From: Azolla caroliniana
Taxonomy: Eukaryota > Plantae > Polypodiophyta
Reading direction: 5' to 3'
Assembly (NCBI GenBank): GCA_043228905.1
Contig: JBHGNT010000007.1
Location: 15,872,001 to 15,936,000, forward strand
DNA: 64,000 bases
Each line of letters opens with the position of its first letter. Position 1 is the first letter of the stretch. This document shows positions 1 to 11,225 of the stretch, piece after piece. Under the pieces are notes generated by a model. It saw nothing but the letters and a program-made list of their open reading frames with translations. It was not told where the DNA came from and made no database searches. The translations under genes and the position numbers were made by a program.

Positions 1-74
1 GTGAGAATGTTTTCACACTAGGATACAAGTTGATAGAGTGGGACTTTTAGCCCAATAGTCGGCAAATCCAACAC

Positions 75-2110
75 ACGTTGTCCATAGCTCATTGAGAATT
101 GTCCCAGCTTGTCAACTCTAAGTGTCTTTGGTGAATAATTTCAATGGTCTACACAACGGTGCTAACATGTTGGAGATCAATGTCTCATAATTCAATCAAC
201 TCTTGGATCTAGTGGTAGTGCACCTCAATTGGCTTAGTTCGAGCATGAAACATGAGATTTCATGCAAGTTGGATGCTATTGAGGATGTCATAAGAAACAA
301 GTATAGGTTCTTCAACCAATTCATTCAAATCCTTCAACATTATTTGGAGCCAGATGGCTTCACATGCATCTTTAGTTACATGCATATACTCTTCTCATGT
401 GCTCTATAGTGCAACCGTGGGTTGCTTCTTACTACCCAAAGAATGCTCCACATTTAAGTGAGAACACAAATCTAGATGTCGATTTGTGATGTGTATTGTT
501 TTCAACCCAATCCACATCTCTATATCTTTCTAGTTGAATCGGCATGTCATTCTTCTTATAGAAGAGTCCTTGATCGAGGGTGTCGTTGACGTATTGTAAT
601 ACCCATTTCACACAATTCACGTGAAAGTTTCTTCGTCTTTACATGAATTGGATTAGAAGATTGATCGACAGTTCACGTTAGGTCTAGTGATAGTTAGATA
701 GATGAGACTCCCAATTATTTTCGTAGACTATATAGCCTCACACGCGTTGCCAGATTCTTCGTGCAACTTTAAGCTGTGATCAAGAGGGGTTGAGATGGGC
801 TTAGACTTAGACGTGTAGAATTTGAATAATAGGTTAAAAATGTAATGGCGTTTTGTGAGTAAGATCTCGATGGTTGTTCGGATGACTTCTATTACTAAGA
901 AGTAATGGAGCTCGTTCAGAAGTAATGGAGCTCGTTCATATCCTTCATCTCGAACTTGCTAGAAAACCGTGTTTTCACTTGCTTGATCGCATCGAGGCTT
1001 TTTCCTTATATAACTAGGTCGTCCACATAGAAGATGATAAAGAGCGGGCCTCGTCAACTATTTTGAACATACAATGAGTTAACATACTTCAAAATTGATT
1101 AGATGAAGATATTGGATTACCTTGGAGTGCCACGTCCTTGGAGCTTGTTCCAAGTCATAGACAAACTTCTTTAGTTTGCATACTTCACGTGGGGATGCTT
1201 TAGACTTCAATGCAAGCGGATGTAGCATGTACATTTCTTCTTCCAGCTCACCCTAGAGGAAAGCATTCTTCACGTCCATTTGGTGAAGATGTCATCCTTT
1301 AGTTGTCTTAATCGCTGGAAAAGTGAATATTGTTAACATTTTTCCCATTGGGGCAAATGTCTCCTCGTCAATCCCATGTGTTTCAGCGTAGCCTTTTGCT
1401 ACGTGTCGGGCTTTGTATCGCTTGATGGTGCCATCGACATTGTACTTGATTTGGTAAACCCATTGGCAACTGATTACCTTCTTTTTCTTCAAAGGACGGG
1501 AAAAGGTCCCATGTGTGATTGTTGACCAATGCATGGATCCCCTCCATGGCTTCCATCTAATTGAGAATATCAACCTCCTTTGGCGAAGCTTTTTGGCTCC
1601 TGAACAATTGCCACATTCATCATGTAACCGAACCTCATGATCAGGTTCTTCTATCGAGTTGATTGGCAAAACTTCTCATTTCACAATTTAAACCCTTCCT
1701 TACTCTTGGTGTCTACACAATGGGTACACCAAACGCCTTGTCGATCGATCAGGGCAAGCTTTTGGAATCGCTATTGTTGAAGGCCATGTTACTGATTTTA
1801 TCTTCGAGTGTCTTCATAACTCCTGGTGTTCACGTGATGGAAACACCAAACACATTGTCGATCGATCAGGGCAAGCTTTTGGAATCGCTACTATTGAAGG
1901 CCATGTTATCCATTTCATATTTGGGCATTTTCGACTTGCCTTCAATTTGTCGATCTTGGGTTCGTGGTGCTACCATGTCCGTGTCATTGTGGTTCAAGCT
2001 TTGATGACTTGAGGGTGATTCTGGTATAGTCATTTTATTTGAGATCCGACTCTCAACATGATCACATGGAGCGATCATTCTCGGCCAATTTATAACCCTA
2101 GCAAAAAACA
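75..2110 (-). pseudogene. Ty1/copia pol remnant (RT and RNase H), multiple stops/frameshifts
   Basis: Minus-strand peptides include CQWVYQIKYNVDGTIKRYKARHVAKGY (copia RT) and RDVDWV..HKSTSRFVFSL (RT/RNase H junction). There is an internal ~120-bp duplication at ~1700-1910 and a 20-bp tandem duplication at ~898-938. Confidence 0.9.
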
Positions 2111-2956
2111 ATTATGCATAGGATGAATATATATTCAAATTGGATTAAGATTAAAACACACAAATAACAAGAAATAATTTTTTCTCTCAAACAAATTTAT
2201 ATAATGTTAAAATAGATATGTTGATAGACAGGGGGATATGGAGGCTTATTAGACTAAAGAAGACACTTGATGAACCATGAACACATGTGCAAAAATAAAG
2301 AGAGCAATCGGAAAAAGAACAAAACCAAGAAGAGAACGAGGGTAATAGTGGATAGGAAACAAAGAAACAATGCACCTAAAGGAAACTAAGGAAATGAAGT
2401 AACAAGGGGCTAAATAAACTCATTAGGTCGGCGGCAAAAGAGGTTATTAATTGCTCATATTATGCTTTACAATTTACACTTTGTAGTCAGAACATTGACA
2501 TTGACATTTGCCAAAGAAAGTGAATTTTTAAAACCAATATAATTATCTTGTGTTTTCATAATATGAAAAGGACAAAGAAAAGTGTGGTCAAATTGTAATG
2601 AGGAAAGCTAAGCTCCCTCCAAGGGTGTTATTTTAGTCTCAATTGCTTTACCAATCCTTGCACTCATTACTTTCATTACCATGATCTCCATGGTCAATAG
2701 AACAGTAGATTATACTAACTATGGTTGTCTCTTCATTAACTTGTTGAAGTATATTGCAACATCATTATGAGACAAATTCAATCAGGAGAGAAGCCCCCAA
2801 CTTATATACATTGAGATTCACAACATCATTATGCGTTTAGCCTCTCAAGTTTAACATTCATACACTTGTCAAGAGTCTACAACATTATTCTAGTGTTTAC
2901 AATAAAACCTTGTAATCTACATGCTTGCATAACCTTACTACCTTCCACTCTTCACC

Positions 2957-3606
2957 GGTAAATATCGAGGTTGCACACACCATGATGCAGGAGAAGCACA
3001 TGTTGAACTTCTATTGGGTTGAAGCGGCATCCACATCCGTCTATCTCATGAACCGATGCACCACTAATGGACTGCATGAGCTAACACCATATGAGCTCCT
3101 TGTTGGAAGTAAGCCGATCCTGTCGCACCTCAAAGTGTTCTAAAGCATTGTGAATGTACACATCCCAAACGAAAAATGACAGAAGCTCGACGCAAAGTCA
3201 GAGAAATGCATCCTCGTAGGATACTCACCCAAGAAAAAGGCATACAAGTGGTTCAACCCTTCGACCCGAGTGGTTCAGGTAAGTCGGGACGTAGTTTTCA
3301 ACGAATCGGCATCTTGGTAGAAGCCCGATTCGGCTCCATCCGAACCGACCAATGAAGAGTTGGACGTCAACTCGGATGACGATATTCGGCCAAGTCCTTC
3401 ACCAAAGGATAGTTGAAGCTTTATTGAGCTAAGTGGACCACACAAGCCTTCAAGCCTTCCAAGCGCATCTCAACTAGGTAATATTCCCGAATATGAAGTC
3501 GACCACCCCGACGACAGTGATTCAGATGTGTCGGCTCCCTCACTAAATAGTGAGTTTGGTGTAAACATCATGTAGACACTCAGAGTAAAGAAGGCGCTCA
3601 CATCGG
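2957..3606 (+). pseudogene. Ty1/copia integrase C-terminal fragment
   Basis: Reads FYWVEAASTSVYLMNRCTT...KLDAKSEKCILVGYS...VSRDVVFNE. Its 3' end (3555-3600) resembles the reverse complement of 1695-1740, so it is a related family in the opposite orientation. Confidence 0.88.
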
Positions 3607-3717
3607 ACGCTACAACTAGATTTGGCCCCAACTAGCCCTAGTACCACGCAAAGCCTTCCCTCCCCCTCCCCCAAGTCTCCCTTTAGTTCGCTCATAGAAA
3701 ACTGAGAAGACCTTAAA

Positions 3718-5280
3718 ATGGAAGGTTATAAAGAATTCATCACCAATCTCTCGCCCGCAAAGAAGGTCATCTTCTTTCACAAGTTGTTTGATACCTTCAG
3801 CTCACCTCCCCTAGAATGGGGTGGTGGAGATCCCCTTTGCATGCCTACAATAACAAACCCTCATTTTGAACACGCCCTTGTGTCCTCTAGCGACCAGCAC
3901 ACCCACACAAACCCGCATCCACAAGACAAAGGTAAATAGAAAATAGCAACCCCAAACACACTAGAAAAGGGAAAAACTAGCATAGAAAACTCAAACCCGC
4001 CCCTCGAGGCACAAAAATCTTTAGAAAACTTGCCTATTCCCATCCACTTTGACACCATTTGCCAAGGCTCCGTACTAGAATATAAAGAACTCTTGTATAA
4101 ACGCCATAGAGCCCAAGAAGTACTCCATAAATATGAAACCGATCTCAAGGAGAACTTCATCCCTAACTCCTTGCACATTAACCCTCCTAGGGTAGCGATA
4201 AATAACGAAAATGCACAAAATATCCTCAATAAAAAACTAAACGATCTAACTGTAGAATATAGAAAAAGTTGCACCTTAGTGTTAATAGAGGCCCAAAAAA
4301 CCCTAGCTATTAGTTTTACCGAAACTATCAACAAGTTCCCCACCACGGTTGAGGAAAGACTCCAAGACATTGTATCAATGCTCTCGGATATCCCATTGTA
4401 CAACCTTGTCACATTACACCAATGGGACGAAAACCTCCACGATTGGAAAAATGAAACTTTTGCTAAATTTAATAGCCACCTAGAACAAGCCACCTTAGAA
4501 TTTACCATACAAATTTCCTTAGAAGCTAAAACTAAAGCGGCTAATAAATTAGTCCAGGACGCCATCGTCTCAAAATCCATGACGATGGGCAAAGAACAAT
4601 CAATAATTACTCTAATAGATGATGGGCTAAAAAAGATCAAGAATCAAGTAGACAATTACCTTAAACCATTCCTAGAGAAAATTAATAAGGAAAACCCCAA
4701 CACACATCCAAAAAACGTGGCTATGCCCCCGACAAAAAACGGGGGCACAAGGACACACAAAATATCAAATCCATCCGCCATTGCCCCCACCTACTTCTTA
4801 AGGACCCAGTCCTTTATCCCAAGTTATGGACAAAGCTATGCTTATCCTGTACTGCCCACACATCCCATACCCTCCACGTACCCTAGATTTGTCCCGATGA
4901 ATGTACCACCACCTACCTCCCTACCCCCACCTATGAAACAATCAATGTGTCACCTCAAGACCATCAAATCCACCACACAGTCCTATCCTCGACCCTCAAT
5001 CCCTCGACCCCCAGTCCCTCGACCCCCAGTTCCACAACCCACGCCTTACCCTCGGCCCCCAGTCAAACGACCTACTCCTCATCCCCAGCCCCCAGTCCCA
5101 CAACCCGCACCCATGCCTTACCCCCAACCCCCAGTCAAACGACCTACTCCTCATCCCCGGCCCCCAGTCCCGCAACCCGCACCCAACATGCACCACGGGA
5201 CCGAAACTAAATCCGCTACCAAGAAAATACGTAGGGGTAGACTTCGAAAATTACATGGCTCCCACTTCTTCAACTCTTAA
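3718..5280 (+). pseudogene. PLE-1 N-terminal region (helical domain, Pro-rich repeats, basic patch)
   Basis: ORFs 3718-3939 and 4030-5280 are in the same frame, separated by a TAG. IPNSLHINPPRV matches PLE-2 PHSLRIHLPRL. The C-terminal part has PxPPVKRPTPH repeats and TKKIRRGRLRK. Confidence 0.7.
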
Positions 5281-5348
5281 CCTACCTCCACATTTTACTG
5301 GGAAGGCAAACACCCTCCCAACTCGAGAATAGGATAACTAATCACTCA

Positions 5349-7084
5349 TTGCACAACCTTTCCCCTTTCCACCTTCCTGCACCCCAACTCAAACTTCTAA
5401 GCTTAGGTCTAGACTTTATTCCCCCACCCCAACCTATTAGAAAACAACAGTTGATAGACGTAGTTGCATCCTTGGATAGAACCTACCACCTCAAATATTT
5501 CTTTAGAAACTCTACTAACATTATCTCTCCATTTAGAATACCAAACCTCAGTTGGAATATCCCCGCCGTGCCAGAAATCACACAAACCATCACATCTATC
5601 ACCTCTGCCCTCCCCTCCCCACCCACCAGCCAACCTTGCCCTCATAGGAACTTTAGAATTGCACTACATAATCTCAAAGACAATCAAGACATAATTATTA
5701 AACCCGCGGATAAAAATCTAGGCATGTGCATTCTCTATAAGGAGTGGTACCTTAACGAATGCCTTAGATAGCTCAATGACAAAAACACTTACACCCCCGT
5801 CAAAGACGTCCCCCTAGCAACTCTCCACAGCCGACTTGAACAGCTTTGTTTGAAAGCTTCCCCCCACCTCTCCAAGGAGGAAATTAGATTCCTCCTTTAG
5901 AAACCCAAACATGGTTTCAGGATATGTCGTTTCTACATCATCCCCAAAATCCACAAGCCCACTATTGTAGGACGCCCTATCTGCGCCTACAACAATTATG
6001 TTTTCGAGAGAGCCTCTAAATGGCTACACCATCTACTACATCTTGTCTTATTGTCTAAAAAACAACACCTGAAAGACTCCTTAACACTTGTTAAGGACCT
6101 ACCACACCACACCTTCCCCAAAACTTGCACGTTGTTTTCTTTTGACATAGTGTCACTATATCCCAGTATACCTACCACGGAAGGTCTATTGGTTTTTAAA
6201 AAATCTATCTAACGTCATTTCCCACCACACAAAACCAAAATCATTATGAGTGTCATTGAACTTATACTTAGAAACAATTTTCTTTCCTTTAATAATGCTT
6301 TTTGGTTACAAATTAAAGGCACCGCAATGGGTAGTAATTTCGCCGTTGTTTACGCTTGCTTGTTTCTTTCACAGCTAGAGGACGACAACCTAGCTTTCCA
6401 AACACCGCACCTACTCTACTACAAACGCTACATTGATGACGCCATAGGAGTTTGGGAAGGCTCCCCCGATACACTTCACACACCTTCTTACACCAATACG
6501 GCGTGCCTCCACAATAACACATCTGTATTCAATCAACAACCTCCCCTAAAGAGATCACCATCTTGGATGTCGTCTTCTGCGAAGGCCCATACTTTAAAGA
6601 ATTTGGCATCCTCGACACTGCATGCCACCAAAAACCTCTCAATGCCTATATGTACCTCCCGTGGAAATCCTCGCACCCCATAGCACACAAAAAGGGCTTC
6701 ATCACGGGAGAAGTAAAACGGTATGCTATCCGAGAGAGCTTGGAAAATGGCTACATGGAACTACGCAAAAAGTTCTACGACCGCCAAAGAGCTAGGGGCT
6801 ACCCGTCAAAGTTCCTACTCAAGTGTTTTTTGACAGTCCCCTACTCCATACGAAACCAACTACTCTCTAACCAACCCAACAACAAAAAACCTCCACCCAT
6901 TGTTTTTAAGCTTCGTTACTCCCCATGTATCAAAACACTCCAAATCGGAGCGCTCGTGAGAAACAAACTTAAACCCCTTCTAGGAGAACCACAATATAGT
7001 TCCCTTACACCCCCTCTCACGTGTTGGCTAAATGGTAGAAAACTAAGAAACCACCTAGTACACTCATCCTTTCCCCCCACCTAA
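5349..7084 (+). pseudogene. Penelope-like reverse transcriptase (stops and a frameshift), no GIY-YIG
   Basis: Motifs: HNLS..LSLGLDFIP, KPADKNLG, FYIIPKIHK..RPIC, FDIVSLYPSIP, GTAMGSNFA, RYIDD, and thumb HP..HKKG..RARGYP. The frame ends at LRNHLVHSSFPPT*. Confidence 0.92.
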
Positions 7085-7251
7085 AGTTTTGTGTACTCTC
7101 ACCCCTCTTAACCCCCGCCTAAAGTCTTGTGTACACTCTTTTACCTTCCCTTTGTACACACTTTTGTATGACCCACATACAAAGGACTCTCCTCCCTCTC
7201 CCTATAAAAAGAGCAACCTAGTATAGTAGGCTTAGTTTTCATCATTTGTAC

Positions 7252-7297
7252 ATCGGGCACTGAAGAGCCTCCATCGAGGTGAAATGCATTTGCCGAT
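7252..7297 (+). ncRNA. Type I hammerhead ribozyme (minimal, palindromic stem III)
   Basis: Parses as ATCGGGCA-CTGAAGA-GCCTC(CATC)GAGGT-GAAA-TGCA-TT-TGCCGAT. The CUGANGA/GAAA core is intact, stems I and II pair, and the predicted cut is after 7290. Confidence 0.88.
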
Positions 7298-7329
7298 CGT
7301 TGCCTTATGATAGTAAAACTTTCTTTCCT

Positions 7330-7900
7330 TCTATGTGTTGCTCTTATCTAATTTTTGGTCTTAAGTTCTTAAGTACTTATTTAATCAATTTTTACTAAGT
7401 ACTTTTTTAATCACTTTTTTGTCAATTTTTTTGTCTTAAGTTTTTAAGTATTTATTTAATCATTTTTTTATTAAGTACTTGTTTAATAATCATTTTTATT
7501 ATGTACTTGTTTAACCCCTTTTTCTAAGTACTTGTTCAATCATTTTTTGGTCTAACTTTTGTTTACACATTTGTTTAAGTATTCTCCTCTCTTAGTCATA
7601 ATCATCCTCTTCTTAGCCATGACCCCTTTTCTTTAATCATAATCCCTCCCTTCTCTTTTAACCCCTTTACTTTAAGTGTTTGCCCAAGAGTTTTCTAATC
7701 TAAGTATTTGTTTAAACATTTGTTTAAGTACTTTATTTTAGCAACCCCTTCCCCCTTAATCATAATCCCTTCTTAACCATAATCATTTTTTAATCTCAAT
7801 CTCTCTCTCTTTTCTTTCTTTCTTTCTTTCTTTCTTTATAATAATCTTTGTTTTAAGTGTTTGTTTAAGCGTGTGTTTAAACAACTCCCTTTCATCTAAC
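7330..7900. repeat. T-rich low-complexity region with recurrent TAAGTACTT(G/A)TTTAA units
   Basis: Many degenerate copies of taagtactt/ttgtttaa downstream of the ribozyme. Confidence 0.6.
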
Positions 7901-8199
7901 CGTGTGGTTCCGTTTTAATAATACTCTATATTGGTGTTTTAATAATACTCTATTGGTGTTTAATAACTTAAGTTATCCCAATGATCTTTAATATGTTCTA
8001 AAACCTTTGATTAGGTTTAAATACTTTTGATATCTTAAACAAGCTACACTCCCTTAGCCCCCACCCACGCCCTTGCTTTTCTATTCCCCTAAAACTATAT
8101 CACTACTTAGGTTTAGACATACAAATAAGATCTAAACTTGAGTCCACCCCAAAAAACCCCTCATGAAGTGCCACACACTTTAAGCCATCTTAAAAAACC

Positions 8200-9080
8200 T
8201 TAGCTAATTAGCTAAATGGTAGTAATTAGTTACTACCATAGTTTAGTACAATAGCTAACTAGCTAAGTGGTAGCTAATTAGCTACTACCATAGTTTAGTG
8301 CAGTAGCTAATTAGCTAAGTGGTAGCTAATTAGCTAGTACCATACTTTAGTTGAGTAGCTAATTAGCTAACTTGTAGCTAATTAGCTATTACCATACTTT
8401 AGTAGAGTAGCTAATTAGCTAAGTGGTAGCTAATTAGTGTTGTCCATAGGCCAGAAATATAAATACATTATGTAAACTCGTCGTTAGGTAGAAGAGTAGG
8501 TGAGGAAATAGGTAAAACTAGAGATAGCCGAGTTTTAGCCCTCATAATCAGCCGATGGCTCGGCTCTATCGCAAGAGGAAAACTATATAACCCGAGTTAT
8601 GCATACCTCAAGGGGGGGATATATCTAGATCACTTTTAGCGAGATTAATATCGTAGCACCGAGCTCTGCACGAACTGTGTCCGGCCAAGAGCCGTGTACT
8701 GTAATCACTGTGAGCTTTATCATTTAATATAAGTTTCACTCCTACTATTCTGTTATCTGTGTATTCTCCTCGTTCTCGTCAACCAAGCTACATTTATGCC
8801 GAACGGGTTGTAGCCGTGTATGCTCCTCGTTCTCCTATCGTCTTCTCAGTGGAGAAGAAGCTTCCACGTAACACGATCCCTTGATACCGATAGCCTGTGG
8901 ACTCATCGAAGGTGTTTTCCCAGAAACGGTTAACACAATTTGGTAGTGTTTTTCCTGAAACGGTTAACAATTAGCTAGTACCATACCTAAGCGAAGTAGT
9001 TAATTACCTCAGTGGTAGCTAATTAGCTACTGTCATAGTCTAGAAGAATAGCTAGTTAGCTAAGATGTAGCTAATTAGCG
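8200..9080. repeat. Array of 14-bp palindrome TAGCTAATTAGCTA (~52-bp unit), interrupted by a solo LTR
   Basis: Unit approximately tagctaattagctaagtgg-tagctaattagctactaccatagtttagtacag. Confidence 0.9.
8438..8969 (+). mobile_element. Solo LTR
   Basis: TGTT...AACA termini with a 5-bp TSD ATTAG (8433-8437 and 8970-8974). Confidence 0.85.
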
Positions 9081-9124
9081 ACCATGTTGTTGTAAAATCT
9101 TGTGGCTTAAGGAGGGCGTATGAG

Positions 9125-9607
9125 GTGTCTCGTGCTAATGACGCTGCAACCGATGAGGAGATAGCCGCCAACGTGGCTGAAAGTAAGATTCCTGCTATCA
9201 CATCTCCTTCAGATCAACTCCACCCTATTCTTTTGGAAGATGGTACTGAATTAGGCAATGATGTGAAAAGCCATGAAATATTGGAAACAACATGTAAATC
9301 TGAGGTTCACAACAATAATGTTTTCAAACACTTGATGCAACATTTCTTCGAATCCCAAAACCTTCAGACCACCCCACTGAGCCCAACTATTGATAATGTC
9401 CAAACAGATCCCACTGTACTGGAAAAGCTAGCGCAAGACGCGGCTGACATGCAAGCCGCTGCTGAGGTGATGGAAAGGTTGTCGGAGGAGGACACACTTA
9501 TGCAATGGGTCAAAGAAGCAAGGCTAAATGGGCAACATGCTAGAAAAAGGCTAAAGAAGGGGCCACGATCGGGGATAAGACCAATTACTCGGTCAAAGGG
9601 CTCTTGA
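9125..9607 (+). CDS. Hypothetical transposon-borne ORF/exon
   Basis: 160-codon open frame with protein-like composition and a basic C-terminus; no motif recognised. Confidence 0.35.
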   Translation: MSRANDAATDEEIAANVAESKIPAITSPSDQLHPILLEDGTELGNDVKSHEILETTCKSEVHNNNVFKHLMQHFFESQNLQTTPLSPTIDNVQTDPTVLEKLAQDAADMQAAAEVMERLSEEDTLMQWVKEARLNGQHARKRLKKGPRSGIRPITRSKGS

Positions 9608-10112
9608 ATTGGAGCTAAATACTTATTAGTGGGATATGATTGTTAGCAATTTTCCTAGGGTTTTATGAAGTTTTACTATGATCTACTTGGACAAGTAAAA
9701 CCTCAGATTGGTTGTTGCTTGATCCACATTATGTAGTGGAACTCTATGATGTTTCTTGAAGATAATTATGTTCATGTTGTTCTATGATGGTAAATATTTC
9801 ATGTTCATTATGTTGTTTTGTGAGACTATTAGTTACTTTGTGAGTGTGAACATGTTGGTGTTTTCTGATGTTGCAGAGTCTAAAGGGTTTGAATCTATTC
9901 CTCCTATGGCCGATGGCAGTGTTGAAATTGTTGATGTTGTTGCATATTTAGGGGGCCACATCTTGAAAGTAGATGTAGCAACTGACACAAATGATCTAGT
10001 CATGCAAGTTGATCAAGCATGTTGCACAAATGATCTGATTTTGCAGGTAGTTGCAGCATGTGATACCAGTGGATTGATATCGACTTGATCAGTATCTACA
10101 TGCACTGAGCTA

Positions 10113-10764
10113 ATGACAAAGTTGAAAATACAAGAGCACCAGAATGTGAAGCCAATCCCAACACAATCGACCATGGGTTTGAAGAGGAAAAGGACACCAA
10201 TTGTGCCGACAGAACGTGAGTTGATTGAAATTGATCGTGTGCTACCAATAATTGGTATAACAGAGGCTCAGTTACCGGAATGGAAACCTAAACCATTAGA
10301 AGTCGAAAGAAGAACCTTGATATGGGAGCTTGATAAAGTCTTGATGAGTGTGCGATATATGACACCAAGGAGGGACACAAACCAATTTCTGAAGTGGGTT
10401 GTGCAATACTTTGATTTGTTTATTTGGAGTGAAAAACCACGTACAGATGTGTGGAAGTGTGTAGAAAGATTCTTCCCGAAGTGGCGACATCATTTCAAGG
10501 GTCACTGGACACGAGAGAATTGTGAGCAGAAATGTTGCAAGATTCAAAAGACTTTTTGATTTTTGGGCCACTTGCCTACATTATAATGCCAACAATACGT
10601 TGATTCTGGATAAAGAAGATTTTCGGCATTACTTCAACATTCGCAGATGTTGTCTCATTCTACCCAATGAAATGCCTGAACACTACTTGGTGAAAACATT
10701 GAGCTGCCAACTAACTGCATGGTTGTGGACTCCATACCGAGCTCAGTATGCAGATCATATATGA
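10113..10764 (+). pseudogene. FCP1/NIF (HAD-family) phosphatase-like domain, frameshifted
   Basis: RRTLIWELDKVL...PRRDTNQFLKWVVQYFDLFIWS...NNTLILDK follows the NIF pattern LVLDLDxTL..RP..EFL..F.V.VWS..NTLLIDD. The first Asp is replaced by Glu. Confidence 0.6.
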
Positions 10765-11225
10765 AGAGAAGTTCCACTAACCAACAAGAGCTTAGCTGTT
10801 TATAGGCGATTTGAAGACATTGGCAATGGGATGTTATAAATATGTAATTTGATGACAGATTAATCAATCAAGAATTAAATTGTTTGTTTTGAGTAGCTTA
10901 TCTACTGTGTAATTTTAAGAGTATGTTCAGGATTGCTGATTTCATGATAGTGCTTTTTCTTAAAATTATGCAAACTATTTTAACTTGTACATGGTTCACT
11001 TGAGTAAATCTATATCTTAGAAAGAAGAACACTAAACAATATTATTAAACTGGATTTTAAGAAAGAAGATTGTATATAAAAAAGACACATGATTTTATTG
11101 AGAAAGAAGCACAAAAAGTAGACTGTATATAAAAAAAAACCTCCCAAACAAGTCCATTAAATTGATTACTTGTAATACATGTGCTTTGTTTGTTTTACAA
11201 GAAAACTGGTAATTACTACTTGTAG

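Larger units (their letters stand above)
3607..8199 (+). mobile_element. Penelope-like retroelement PLE-1, endonuclease-deficient, decayed (ends approximate)
   Basis: N-terminal ORF, PLE-type RT and a 3' hammerhead ribozyme. The sense strand is C/A-rich. It is flanked by copia sequence (left) and DNA-transposon repeats (right), with no TSD seen. Confidence 0.85.

Noticed and set aside
5349-7084. Telomerase, group II intron or retron RT
   Set aside because: The PADKN, PKIHK-RPI, GTAMGS, YIDD and RGYP motifs plus a 3' hammerhead fit Penelope-like RTs; no TERT T-motif or YADD is present.
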